This document shows positions 1-9,190 of a stretch of 64,000 nucleotides of DNA, piece by piece. The notes beneath the pieces were generated by a model, which saw only the letters and a list, made by a program, of their open reading frames with translations, was not told the DNA's origin and did not search any database. How positions within the stretch are numbered: position 1 is the stretch's first letter; every line of letters starts with the position of its first letter. The translations under genes were made by a program, and so were the position numbers. The DNA lies in the IMG/VR virus record IMGVR_UViG_3300020178_000002, positions 248,001 through 312,000 of that record, one strand, 5' to 3'.

Positions 1-2
1 AA

Positions 3-2597
3 AAAAAGAACACAGGTGAAGGTGGTCTTGATACATGGTTTGCAGGGCATGGTGGTGGTAAACCTGATGAAAGAGCAACATGGGGTGATTGGGTTTCTAT
101 AACTCCTGTTAAGAAAACAATAACTAAAGAAGATGGATCTAAGAAGACATATGAACCAGGTGACATTGTTGGCCCATGTGGGATATCTAGTGACCCAGAG
201 TGGTCATCCATTACAGAGAATGGAAAAAAGCCCCTCAAATGTATGCCAAGAGAAAAAGCTCATGATATGGCAAAAAAAGACAGAGCAGAACTCGCTAAGA
301 ACAAGAAAAAACAAGAGAGTGGTGGAAAGAAGCCTACTAACACTCCTACCTTTTCTGAGGAAGCTAAAGAAGTTTTAGACAAGAAGTCTGCTCTAGGGAT
401 TACTAGAAACTCTAGGGCTGTATCGAAGCTGAAAAAAGCTATCTTACACCTTTTAGCTTTCTATGCAGAAGATCAAGACAAGAAGATTACAGAGTTCTTG
501 AGCCTTGTTTTGGATAAAGTCGAGTCTAGGCTTCAAAATCAGTTCAATATCAGAAGGTTTTCTTTAGAATCTGCTTCAATAAATAGGTATGACCCTTCTG
601 CAACTAACATTTCCCTTTACTATGCGATAAATGGGGGGAGTTATAGGGTAGACCTGAACATAGGGTATTCAAACCAATACTCTAGATTTAATAGCAATGT
701 TCCTTTGAGAAAGAGAATGGGTGTAGCTCTGTACTCCATAAAAAAGGTGGCAAGTAGTTCTATCTTAATCCCACCCCCACCCTCTGAAGAAGAACACCTC
801 CGAGAGCTTTCTGAAGTATCGTATCAGTATGAAAATAGATATAATGCTCCAGAGTTGCAGGACGCTTTAGATTCAAGTTCAGAACATCTTTTTTCAAATC
901 TCTTACTAGAACATGGTCATGTTGAGTCACCTGTTAACATCAAATCTATGATGGATGGGATTCTGGGAAGTATAGTTATTCATAAAAGCTTCTTCAATGT
1001 CTCAAGGCCTAATGTTCTAGCTAGCAAACATGGTATTCCATTTAAGTATGACTACTTAGAGTCTGCACAGACACCTAGCTACCCTAGTGGACACACAGCT
1101 CAGGCTTACTATGCTGCTCTCTTACTTGCTGATAAATACCCTCTCCTGAGAGAGGGTTTATTAAATATAGCCAGGATGGTTGAACAATCGAGAGTAGATA
1201 GAGGTGTCCATTACCCTTCAGACAACAAGGCAGGTAAACTACTCGCTACTGTTCTTTATGAGAATAAGAAGCTAGGAAAGAAAGCAGACTTCTTTAGAGA
1301 AGTATCTCCACCAGATTCTTTAACAAGTTTAAATCAAGGAAGTCATGGTAAGGATGAGAACCCCGATGGTGTAAATGACCACAGTTCTTTGCCTAATGGG
1401 GATTCAGCAAGGAATATAGGCAGACCTTCTCCAGATTCTCCTAATCTGAAGTATAAAGATCTTCACAATCAACCTAGACCTACAAATGTTATAGACAGAG
1501 GGTATGTGAATAACAGTGGTAGTGGTTCAGCGAGGGTCATACCTCAGTCTTTAAAACAAGCTGGTTCTCAACCTGCACAAGATTTAGCTGGTGTGAAGAC
1601 ATGGGTGACTAAGACCAGACAAGATCAAATAAATAATGACACTAACCCCGAAAAGACAAGAGCAGATTATGAAGACGGTAAGCCTCAGAGAGACAGAGTT
1701 CTACCTTTACCTAGTGGACACCCAGAGGGGAGAACGGAAGACAGGGCAGCACCGAAAGGATTTAATACTGTGCCCGATTCTAGTGGTCAGGGTGGACAGA
1801 ATAGACCACCGAAAGATCCAAGTGCATTAAAAGACCAACCAGAGGGTAAAGCACTACACGAAAGACCTCGATCTAGTGCTGTTCCAGGAGAGAACTATGG
1901 ACATCCTTATATAGATCAGTCTACTTCTACGGGTCTTAAACGCAGAATTGTGGGAAATACTGAATTCTGGGATGTTGAAGATGGTGAGGTTGTGGCTGGT
2001 CAGTCTAAGCGTAAGACCAACTATAGAATCAAACGCAGACTTAGGATGCGACCTAGTACAAAGTCTCTTCGCAAGAGAAGAACCAATGTACAACAAAGAA
2101 ATAGGCAACGGAAGCTATATAGAAAACGAATCAAGACAGACTCTAATTTTAGAAAGAACAGAAAAGACTATCGTAAGCAGTATTACAAGAAGCACAAAAA
2201 AAGCTCAGAAGGTGAAGTTCTTCCTTTTGAGACTCAAGGGCTAAAGAAAAGTAAGATGATTAAACAGATGCCTGCTCAAATAGATGAGATCTGGGATGTT
2301 GATGACAATGGTGAATTAATAAAAGTTGCTGTAAGGTCTTTGATGCCTCAAAAAAATAGACAGAAGAAGATGAAGGGTCAAGTCCGTATTGAATATGATA
2401 AGAAAAGAAGACGGATGTCCAAAGGTGAAAAGCACAAAGAGTCTCTCAGGGCTAAAAGAAGATATAATAGAAACCCCAATAGGGCTATAAAGTATCAACA
2501 AAACAGGAGAAAGAGGCCAAAGCCTTATAGTCGTAAGGAATTTGGTGGCCCTCGAACTAAAATCCAACAGAAAAAACAGAAAGAGAAAGATAAATGA
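3..2597 (+). CDS. 5'-truncated multi-domain protein: N-terminal W/C-containing module (DUF5872-like), PAP2/acid phosphatase domain, Pro/Gly-rich linker, two Arg/Lys-rich tracts
   Basis: The frame of ORF 243..2597 is open back to base 3 (KKNTGEGGLDTWFAGH...GPCG...PLKCMP). PAP2 motifs KxxFxxxRP, SYPSGH and SRVDRGVHYPSD are present. The DUF5872 resemblance is from memory only. Confidence 0.75.
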   Translation, partial: KKNTGEGGLDTWFAGHGGGKPDERATWGDWVSITPVKKTITKEDGSKKTYEPGDIVGPCGISSDPEWSSITENGKKPLKCMPREKAHDMAKKDRAELAKNKKKQESGGKKPTNTPTFSEEAKEVLDKKSALGITRNSRAVSKLKKAILHLLAFYAEDQDKKITEFLSLVLDKVESRLQNQFNIRRFSLESASINRYDPSATNISLYYAINGGSYRVDLNIGYSNQYSRFNSNVPLRKRMGVALYSIKKVASSSILIPPPPSEEEHLRELSEVSYQYENRYNAPELQDALDSSSEHLFSNLLLEHGHVESPVNIKSMMDGILGSIVIHKSFFNVSRPNVLASKHGIPFKYDYLESAQTPSYPSGHTAQAYYAALLLADKYPLLREGLLNIARMVEQSRVDRGVHYPSDNKAGKLLATVLYENKKLGKKADFFREVSPPDSLTSLNQGSHGKDENPDGVNDHSSLPNGDSARNIGRPSPDSPNLKYKDLHNQPRPTNVIDRGYVNNSGSGSARVIPQSLKQAGSQPAQDLAGVKTWVTKTRQDQINNDTNPEKTRADYEDGKPQRDRVLPLPSGHPEGRTEDRAAPKGFNTVPDSSGQGGQNRPPKDPSALKDQPEGKALHERPRSSAVPGENYGHPYIDQSTSTGLKRRIVGNTEFWDVEDGEVVAGQSKRKTNYRIKRRLRMRPSTKSLRKRRTNVQQRNRQRKLYRKRIKTDSNFRKNRKDYRKQYYKKHKKSSEGEVLPFETQGLKKSKMIKQMPAQIDEIWDVDDNGELIKVAVRSLMPQKNRQKKMKGQVRIEYDKKRRRMSKGEKHKESLRAKRRYNRNPNRAIKYQQNRRKRPKPYSRKEFGGPRTKIQQKKQKEKDK

Positions 2598-3229
2598 TTA
2601 TAGAAGCAAGTAATTTAGCAGTATTACAGTTTGTACTCTGCACCCTTAGAGCTGCTCACTGGTCTCATTGGACTAGCCATTGGCAAGTCAGAGGTGGTCA
2701 TTTTTATGGAGACCATGAAATGATGGATAGGATTTATAGTTCTTTAGTAGAAGAGATTGATCTTCTTGCAGAGAAGATTGCAGCTTCTGCTGGGTCAGAA
2801 GCATTAGATCCTGTTCCTCAAGCTCAACTTATGGCAAACAAGTTGCTTCCTATTGTTGAAATAAAGGGAGAAAAAGACCCTATAAAAAGGGCTTTGTTTG
2901 TAGAGGAGGCTTTGCAGTTCATATTCAAGCATTCTTATAACATCCTTAAGGAAAGAGATGCCTTGACTCTAGGTATGGATGATTTCCTCATGTCTATTGC
3001 AAGTGCTCACGAAACCAATCTTTATCTTTTGAGACAGAGATGTGATAGTAGACCTATGTCCCGTAAAGCCTTTAACAAATACAACCCCACAGAGCTTATC
3101 TTGCAGTTATATAGAGTCCTATACAAAAATGGTCTTACAGATACTGTTGAGTACTTAAATAAGCACAGAGTACCTAAGGTTGTAAATGATGCTTGGATAA
3201 ACAGGGGTAAACTCGAGCTTATCGACTAG
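2594..3229 (+). CDS. Dps/ferritin-like four-helix-bundle protein with C-terminal extension
   Basis: SHWQVRGGHFYGDHEMMDRIY...EEIDLLAEKI matches the Dps ferroxidase pattern HW-x2-G-x2-F-x3-H...D-x2-AE. Confidence 0.75.
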   Translation: MIIEASNLAVLQFVLCTLRAAHWSHWTSHWQVRGGHFYGDHEMMDRIYSSLVEEIDLLAEKIAASAGSEALDPVPQAQLMANKLLPIVEIKGEKDPIKRALFVEEALQFIFKHSYNILKERDALTLGMDDFLMSIASAHETNLYLLRQRCDSRPMSRKAFNKYNPTELILQLYRVLYKNGLTDTVEYLNKHRVPKVVNDAWINRGKLELID

Positions 3230-3251
3230 ATTCTATTGTTAAAAAAATAAT

Positions 3252-3275
3252 CCCCCCATGTCTGTATTTGATAAT
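3252..3275 (+). promoter_or_regulatory. Putative phage promoter class C5-7-N9-10-TTGATAA(T/G)
   Basis: CCCCCC-atgtctgtat-TTGATAAT upstream of 3316. The same pattern occurs at 4158-4181(+), 44499-44520(-), 47353-47376(-) and, with one mismatch, 48523-48544(-). Confidence 0.55.
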
Positions 3276-3315
3276 AAGAGTAAATACAGATTAAATTAGA
3301 AAAGGATTATTTATT

Positions 3316-3825
3316 ATGGCAATTCAAACAGTTGAAGTTAAAATTGAGAATCTCCCAGCCCACATTTCAGCCCCTTTCTATGGCAAGAATGTTGATGAGA
3401 ATGGGAACGCTCTTCCAAGCAAGAGAGAGAAGTCTTGGACATTCACCCTAAGTAATAGTCGGTTGAATACACACATGACTTTCAAGTCTGTTCGTTCAAA
3501 AGGTGACTACCTTACTGATCCCACAACTCTATATGTTATGGATGGTAATGATGTTTATGAGAGAATCGGTACTGTCGCTTTTGGTGTCTTCCGACCCTCA
3601 GCAGTAAATACCTCTCGGTTAGTCCTAGCACAAGAGACACTAAGCTGGTTATTGCAATCAACTCAAGAGGACATGGATAACTCTCCACACCTCAAGATTT
3701 ACGCTCAGTCTCGGTGTGCTAGGTGTGCTAGAAAGCTAACGAACCCCAACTCTATCGAGTTTTTCTTTGGGCCTATTTGTCGAGGCAAGGCAAACATTAG
3801 TAAGCCTGCTCAACCTAAGAAGTAA
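3316..3825 (+). CDS. Phage protein with C-terminal Zn-ribbon (DUF6011-like)
   Basis: RCARCARKLTNPNSIEFFFGPIC motif; AAGGA RBS upstream. Confidence 0.65.
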   Translation: MAIQTVEVKIENLPAHISAPFYGKNVDENGNALPSKREKSWTFTLSNSRLNTHMTFKSVRSKGDYLTDPTTLYVMDGNDVYERIGTVAFGVFRPSAVNTSRLVLAQETLSWLLQSTQEDMDNSPHLKIYAQSRCARCARKLTNPNSIEFFFGPICRGKANISKPAQPKK

Positions 3826-3944
3826 TTTACTTCAGTAGGTCTTTTATTGCACCAAAGAAGAATGGGGAATAAAAGACAAATATCATTGTGATGTATATGT
3901 AGCTCATAACTGAAACCTTTCAAAGCTTTTAGTTTTTTCGCCAT
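3810..3944 (-). CDS. Small hypothetical protein (44 aa)
   Basis: Internal ATG (MAKKLKALKG) of ORF 3810..4055 is preceded by AGGTGAG. Confidence 0.35.
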   Translation of the reverse strand: MAKKLKALKGFSYELHIHHNDICLLFPILLWCNKRPTEVNYFLG

Positions 3945-3978
3945 ATACTCACCTAAATAAGAAAAGGCAAGGCGGTTT

Positions 3979-4149
3979 ATGAATTTTTTTGACAGGTTTA
4001 TTTCTAAAAACCTAGACAATGCTTGGGTGATGCTTCCTATTAGCTCCCTATTCATGTTTGGCTATATTTTTTGCATCTCACTGTGGTTTTCTTCACCTAT
4101 AATTATTTTGATGGTGATCGCCCATTATTTAGATGCTTGGGGGTTATAG
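3979..4149 (+). CDS. Small hydrophobic membrane protein (56 aa), not in ORF track
   Basis: Manual translation: MNFFDRFISKNLDNAWVMLPISSLFMFGYIFCISLWFSSPIIILMVIAHYLDAWGL*. Confidence 0.4.
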   Translation: MNFFDRFISKNLDNAWVMLPISSLFMFGYIFCISLWFSSPIIILMVIAHYLDAWGL

Positions 4150-4219
4150 AAATATACCCCCCCCTCATTACTATTGATAATAATAGTAAATAACAACACA
4201 AAACAGAAACGAGGATATT

Positions 4220-4357
4220 ATGATTGTACTATACAGCATTATTTTAACAGCCAGCTATACAGTTCTACTAATGAGTGCTCTTGAGGTTCAGAATTAAATG
4301 ATTATTCACACAATTATTGTCATTCTAGTCATTAGTATTATCACTGATCTATGCTAG
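4220..4357 (+). CDS. Two tandem hydrophobic micro-ORFs (4220..4297, 25 aa; 4298..4357, 19 aa)
   Basis: MIVLYSIILTASYTVLLMSALEVQN* and MIIHTIIVILVISIITDLC*; GAGGA RBS, own promoter motif at 4158 and terminator at 4404. Confidence 0.4.
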
Positions 4358-4403
4358 TATATTAGTAACTATACTTTGACCTAATAGGTTTCAGTTATAG
4401 TCC

Positions 4404-4435
4404 AGCCTCTACTAATAGTAGGGGCTTTTCTTTTT
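4404..4435 (+). terminator. Intrinsic terminator
   Basis: AGCCTCTACT-aat-AGTAGGGGCT hairpin followed by a T-rich tract. Confidence 0.6.
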
Positions 4436-4447
4436 AGGGGAAGAAAT

Positions 4448-4681
4448 ATGGAAAAGAAAAAGCTATCTCCCCAAGCAATCGCAAACATTAAGATTAAGAA
4501 CTTGCGAAATAGAACTCCAGAAGAAGCTGAAGAAGCTCGTAGGAGATTCAGGGAGAACATGGAAAGTCAAGAGGTCTTAGAGTTCATTGAAAGAGAAGTG
4601 AGCCGACAGAACCTTGAAGACGAACACAAGAAAGCAAAAGACTATCTCAAAGAGAGACTAAAGCAGATTTACTCTAGGTAA
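4448..4681 (+). CDS. Hypothetical charged helical protein
   Basis: 77-aa ORF with AGGGGA RBS. Confidence 0.55.
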   Translation: MEKKKLSPQAIANIKIKNLRNRTPEEAEEARRRFRENMESQEVLEFIEREVSRQNLEDEHKKAKDYLKERLKQIYSR

Positions 4682-4720
4682 GTTGCTTAGTCCAGAGATA
4701 TTCTTTTGCCTTTTTTTTGC

Positions 4721-7700
4721 CTATTTTTTTCCGTACCTTCCGTTTATAGACCCTCTGAGATCATACCTAGATCTTTTAGGTGCTATTCTCTTTGAATCAG
4801 ATCCGCCTCTGCCTGTGTATCTACCACCTGTAGCAAAGCTTTTCCCACCAGCAAGAGGGTGAGATCCACCTCTTGAGCCTTGTGCGAAGTATCTGGTTTT
4901 ACCCATACTGTTTGAAGCTAACCAGATCATTCTAACAAGTGCATCAGACATATCGTCATGTTTCCCAGCAGTTTGCGGTGCTTCCACAGTAATAAGGTGT
5001 TTTGAATGCACTGTTTGCTGTAGCTCTAAAAGCTCTGCAATATAAGGTTCGTGACCATCTACATAAGGGTCTTTCTTGTTGTAGAGCTTTAGCTTCTTAT
5101 CCCACATCATGTCCTTAAAGTTTTGGAACATATTCGATGTGATTTGTTTAGTCATGTTGACAGAAGTCAGTTGTTTCAGCCCTCTCTTTTCGAGAGCTTG
5201 TTGAAAAGGAATCCCAGCCCATTGGTCAAAGATCCCTTCAGTGAAGAAGAACTTCTTAGAATACTCAAGAACCCAATCCGCAACATCATCAAACTCTAGT
5301 CTCTCTTTATCATGGTAGATGCCTTCACCAGCTTTTATTTGATCTACCAAGTCAAGAACTATCATATCGTCTTCAAGGTGTCCTATTGCTATTGCAGTAC
5401 CATCGCCAACCAAAGCTAAGTCGATTCCAACAAAGTGTGGCTTTCTAGCTGGTGCTGATCTCTTGGGAGATAGGCTTGGGTCTACACAAGCTAAAAGGTC
5501 TTCTTCTTTCTCAATCCAGCCTCTGGTTCTATCTGTAAACTCACCACCATACTCTGTAAAGAACACAGCAGCGTTTTTGAGGTAATGCTTTTCAAACTCT
5601 TGAGCAGGGACTGTGGGGTTTACTTCCCAAGTCGGTGCTTGTACAGCTAGGATATTATCAGCAGCCGCACCACCTCTCATACCTATTTGAAATAAGTTAT
5701 AAAATAGCCCTTGTCGGCCTAAAGGAGATGAAATAAGGATAACCCTACCCTCTACCTCTCCAATTGGCTTTGTGGGGTCTTCTGGGTCTTTAGCAGAATA
5801 TGCAGATGTCGAAGGTACGACAGCGTTATAAACTTCTTCTGCACCAGATTGACCTGTCTCTGTAAAGTGAGCAACCTCGTCAAGAATAACGCATATATTA
5901 CCAGCACCACGAAGACCTTTAGCGACACAAGACCTAAAGGTAACTTTCAGCGTTGCTTTTGCAGAGGGGTCTTCGATATACCTACCATATTTCTCTACAT
6001 CTGCTGGTGTCTGAAACCTTGCATATGAGAGAGTGTTATTTGCAGTGTAAGGGCCAAAAAATGCACAGTTTCGATAGTGTCCTGACACCTCTTGATAGAG
6101 AAGTCCAGCTTGGTCTTTATCGGTCGCTACTGATATAATCTGGATGTTATTTGAAGCAGGTAGGCCATAGAACTTTTGAGGGTTTTCTTTTTTAATAAGT
6201 TTATATGTCTCATAGGCAGCAATACAAGCAGAGATTGTTGTGTTGTGGTTCGTAAAGCCATTACCTACAAACATAGATCCATCTGGAACATTCAAGTCAA
6301 AGACATGGCTCTCAGATTCTTCAACTTTTCTAACTGGTTCAAATATGTAATCTTTATCTAGGATCTCATTTAGCTTAAGGATAGAAGATTCTGAAATCTT
6401 CGCTTCTTTTATGATACTTCTTACCTTTTCAAAGCTTGTGCTTTTCTGTCTTAAACCCAAGTCTTCATGGCTATTTAAGTAAGAGCTGATTCTAGGAGGT
6501 AGTCCTATTTCGCCACTCTTTGGGGTTGAGGTCATCCTTTTAGCTAGGGAGTCTAGCTTTTCTCTTTTCTCTTTTGAGATGAAGCCTATGTCCTTGTGGA
6601 AGATTCTGTATGAAGCCCATTTCTTTAGTCTGATTCTGTAGTAGGGCTTTCCATCTCTTATTGTTTCTTTTCGAGATGAGAACACTCCTAAGCTCAAGAG
6701 CAAGGTTTGAACCTGTTTACCTAGTAGTTCGCTTTTTGTTGTGAAAGAGACATCTCGTCTGTCTCTTGATACAGACCCATCTGTTTCAAAAAGACCTCTA
6801 ATAAAAGCACATTGAACATCTCTTGGTGATCTTAGTATAATGTCTGGTATGCATTTATCTTTATACTTTGCTTTAATCTTCCAGCCAAGATTGTGCAGGA
6901 ATTTTCTGAAGTTCTTGTCATAAACGACAATCTTACTACAGTTCTTATTTTTTTGAGGTATCTCAGCGACCTTTCCAAAAAGGGAAAACATGGTTAAGAT
7001 GAGGTTTTCTTTAAAAGAGTTATCTCCTACTGTCACAACAATACAGTTTTCTTCAGACCAAGATCCATCTCCAGCCAAGATACCTAACATCTCACCCCAA
7101 TCTTTTGTGAGATACTCTGGAAATCTTTTATTTGGGTTCAGGTCTTTAGTGTATTCATTTAGCTTTACATATTGGTCAGTGAATATACTTCTTTTGTGGT
7201 TCAGGCAGGTAATGTCTCCCTCTTTTAGGTTTTCAAGATATTTCCAAGAGATGTTTAAGTTCTTATCGAGGACTTTGATTCTATGGTTTCCAGTTCCTTC
7301 TAAAGTGTACCCTGATTCTGTTTCCAATTTGAAAGTAGGTTTTATACCACCATTGTAGAAGTAAGCTGCTCTTGCAGTTTTGCCACCTTCTTGTACAACC
7401 TTAACTGATATTTTTTGGTATTCAGGTGCATCAAGGGAAGAGTCTCCTAATGAATCTATACGAACCAAACCTTTATCTGTAGGTATCAGAGTATCTCCTG
7501 TAACGCATTTACCAGATCTTCGACCTATCGAGAGAATCATTTCCCTTCTTTGTTTTCCAGGTATGACCTCTCCTATATTGCATCTTCCCTCATCAAAAAG
7601 TTTTTTGAGGTAAGACTTTTCAGTGTGGGTTTCAACTTTGGTTCTAGTCCAATCAGAAATCTGGAAAGTTTCGACATCATCTAACTCTAAGCCATAGTGT

Positions 7701-7843
7701 GCTTTGAGTATAACTCTCTGTACAGGAAATAGGGTCATTTTTAGACCCCAAGAAGACTCTACAAACTCTATAATGTCTGCATCTTTTTCTGATTTTTTCC
7801 CAGCCCTAGCACTAGCACTTATAGCTACTGAGGATAAGCTCAT
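4721..7843 (-). CDS. terL: Terminase large subunit, intein-containing (about 618 aa after splicing)
   Basis: Walker A GRRSGK|T split by the intein, Walker B VILDEVAHF, ISSP coupling motif, nuclease motifs VGIDLA and HDDMSDA. Confidence 0.92.
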   Translation of the reverse strand: MSLSSVAISASARAGKKSEKDADIIEFVESSWGLKMTLFPVQRVILKAHYGLELDDVETFQISDWTRTKVETHTEKSYLKKLFDEGRCNIGEVIPGKQRREMILSIGRRSGKCVTGDTLIPTDKGLVRIDSLGDSSLDAPEYQKISVKVVQEGGKTARAAYFYNGGIKPTFKLETESGYTLEGTGNHRIKVLDKNLNISWKYLENLKEGDITCLNHKRSIFTDQYVKLNEYTKDLNPNKRFPEYLTKDWGEMLGILAGDGSWSEENCIVVTVGDNSFKENLILTMFSLFGKVAEIPQKNKNCSKIVVYDKNFRKFLHNLGWKIKAKYKDKCIPDIILRSPRDVQCAFIRGLFETDGSVSRDRRDVSFTTKSELLGKQVQTLLLSLGVFSSRKETIRDGKPYYRIRLKKWASYRIFHKDIGFISKEKREKLDSLAKRMTSTPKSGEIGLPPRISSYLNSHEDLGLRQKSTSFEKVRSIIKEAKISESSILKLNEILDKDYIFEPVRKVEESESHVFDLNVPDGSMFVGNGFTNHNTTISACIAAYETYKLIKKENPQKFYGLPASNNIQIISVATDKDQAGLLYQEVSGHYRNCAFFGPYTANNTLSYARFQTPADVEKYGRYIEDPSAKATLKVTFRSCVAKGLRGAGNICVILDEVAHFTETGQSGAEEVYNAVVPSTSAYSAKDPEDPTKPIGEVEGRVILISSPLGRQGLFYNLFQIGMRGGAAADNILAVQAPTWEVNPTVPAQEFEKHYLKNAAVFFTEYGGEFTDRTRGWIEKEEDLLACVDPSLSPKRSAPARKPHFVGIDLALVGDGTAIAIGHLEDDMIVLDLVDQIKAGEGIYHDKERLEFDDVADWVLEYSKKFFFTEGIFDQWAGIPFQQALEKRGLKQLTSVNMTKQITSNMFQNFKDMMWDKKLKLYNKKDPYVDGHEPYIAELLELQQTVHSKHLITVEAPQTAGKHDDMSDALVRMIWLASNSMGKTRYFAQGSRGGSHPLAGGKSFATGGRYTGRGGSDSKRIAPKRSRYDLRGSINGRYGKK
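6242..7507 (-). mobile_element. Intein (422 aa) with LAGLIDADG homing endonuclease
   Basis: Starts CVTGDTLI, ends VFDLNVPD...GNGFTNHN followed by T(+1); block B TGNHRI; LAGLIDADG helices MLGILAGDGS and AFIRGLFETDGS. Confidence 0.92.
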
Positions 7844-8502
7844 TATTTATCCTTTTCCATTGCTTTCTTTGCATCAATAATCCATTCAGGGTCATCTACC
7901 AAAGCCCCAAAAGTTGCAAACACACTTTCAGCTAGCTCTGGTCTAACCCCAGCTTCGTCACATGCTTTTCTGAAAGTCTCTGCAATGTGTCCAAATAGCT
8001 TTTTAAAAGCTTTTGATTCTAAATCTATCGACTTAGAGGACATGATCTCTTTTTTCTTGAGCCATGTATCACCAACTGCTCTCAAGGCATTAACTCTTCT
8101 GAGAGAGATTTGTGAAGTCGCTTCTCCCCTTCTCTCTGCTTCTTCTCTTTCAAAAGCAAGAGAGGCAGACTCTTCAGCAAGACCTACAAGCACTTGAGTT
8201 AAGACATTTTCTGACTCTGGTGCTTTTTTCGTTTCCTCTAAAACCTTGTCAGAGCTGACTTTGCTCTTTTTACGAGCTTGAAGATTATTTAAGCTCACAG
8301 AAGGGTTTGTCTTTTGAGTGTTGGCACTAGGTGAAGAGCTAGGAGATCCAGGCGTACCAAACATAACGTATGCTTCACCTGTTTTTGGGTTGATCTGGAT
8401 GCTATCTGTGGGCAAAACCTCTGATGGCTTTTTCCAGACTGACTTTCCGTATTCATTTCTTACTTGTACTCTAGTAGCACCTTTAGGGATAGGTATCGAC
8501 AT
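7843..8502 (-). CDS. Hypothetical protein, candidate terminase small subunit
   Basis: Helical 219-aa ORF whose stop overlaps the terL start; the assignment rests on position only. Confidence 0.4.
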   Translation of the reverse strand: MSIPIPKGATRVQVRNEYGKSVWKKPSEVLPTDSIQINPKTGEAYVMFGTPGSPSSSPSANTQKTNPSVSLNNLQARKKSKVSSDKVLEETKKAPESENVLTQVLVGLAEESASLAFEREEAERRGEATSQISLRRVNALRAVGDTWLKKKEIMSSKSIDLESKAFKKLFGHIAETFRKACDEAGVRPELAESVFATFGALVDDPEWIIDAKKAMEKDK

Positions 8503-8515
8503 GGCAACTTATCTT

Positions 8516-9181
8516 TCATAAAATCTCCATAGGAGAGAAGTTCTTATTCTGGAGCAGGTTAATATAAGAGCCTCCCTCCGTAAGAGTTGGGTCATATAAT
8601 ACATTACCATCCTTGTCTTCTAATATGAAAGGTGGGTCGCCAGCCAAGAGTAGGTAAGACAATGAATATATCTTGATAAAGACTTCATCTAGTACTCCAG
8701 AACTTTTAATGTGCAGGTGGTTTAAGTTATTAGGGTCTAGAGTTGATATTAGTCCAATCTTCATATCGTTTATGACATCATTAAGATCTGCAGCTACATC
8801 AAATTTGCTACCAGCACCTTCACCCTCTGCCCTACCGAAATACTCACCTGCTTTTAAAGCTGTAAGCCTATCTTCAAGCATATAAGACTTCCCAAAGATT
8901 TGGATTTGATCTTGAAGATAATAAGGTGGTGCATTTCCTAAGTTCTCATTTCCAAAGTCTGTTGTTTCTACTTTGAGAACTAAGAGGGTTTCTGCTTCTT
9001 TAACATTAGCAAGAACACCTGTTCCAAGTTGTGTTGTTATAACTTGAGACTCAAACACCTGTCTTGTAGGAACTGGGTTTCCAGCTTCCCCTTTAGAAGG
9101 GTCCGAAGACTTTTGACTGTGAGCGACTAGCATTTTAAATCTAGGTGATACGCTGATTCTTCTTCCATATCCAGAATACAT
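8516..9181 (-). CDS. Hypothetical protein (possible virion/head gene block)
   Basis: 221-aa ORF with GGAG RBS, co-oriented with terL. Confidence 0.55.
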   Translation of the reverse strand: MYSGYGRRISVSPRFKMLVAHSQKSSDPSKGEAGNPVPTRQVFESQVITTQLGTGVLANVKEAETLLVLKVETTDFGNENLGNAPPYYLQDQIQIFGKSYMLEDRLTALKAGEYFGRAEGEGAGSKFDVAADLNDVINDMKIGLISTLDPNNLNHLHIKSSGVLDEVFIKIYSLSYLLLAGDPPFILEDKDGNVLYDPTLTEGGSYINLLQNKNFSPMEIL

Positions 9182-9190
9182 CTCTACTCC

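Noticed and set aside
133-378. 81-aa ORF, also 1636..1830 and 1948..2244
   Set aside because: They are out-of-frame overlaps within the long ORF that is open from base 3.
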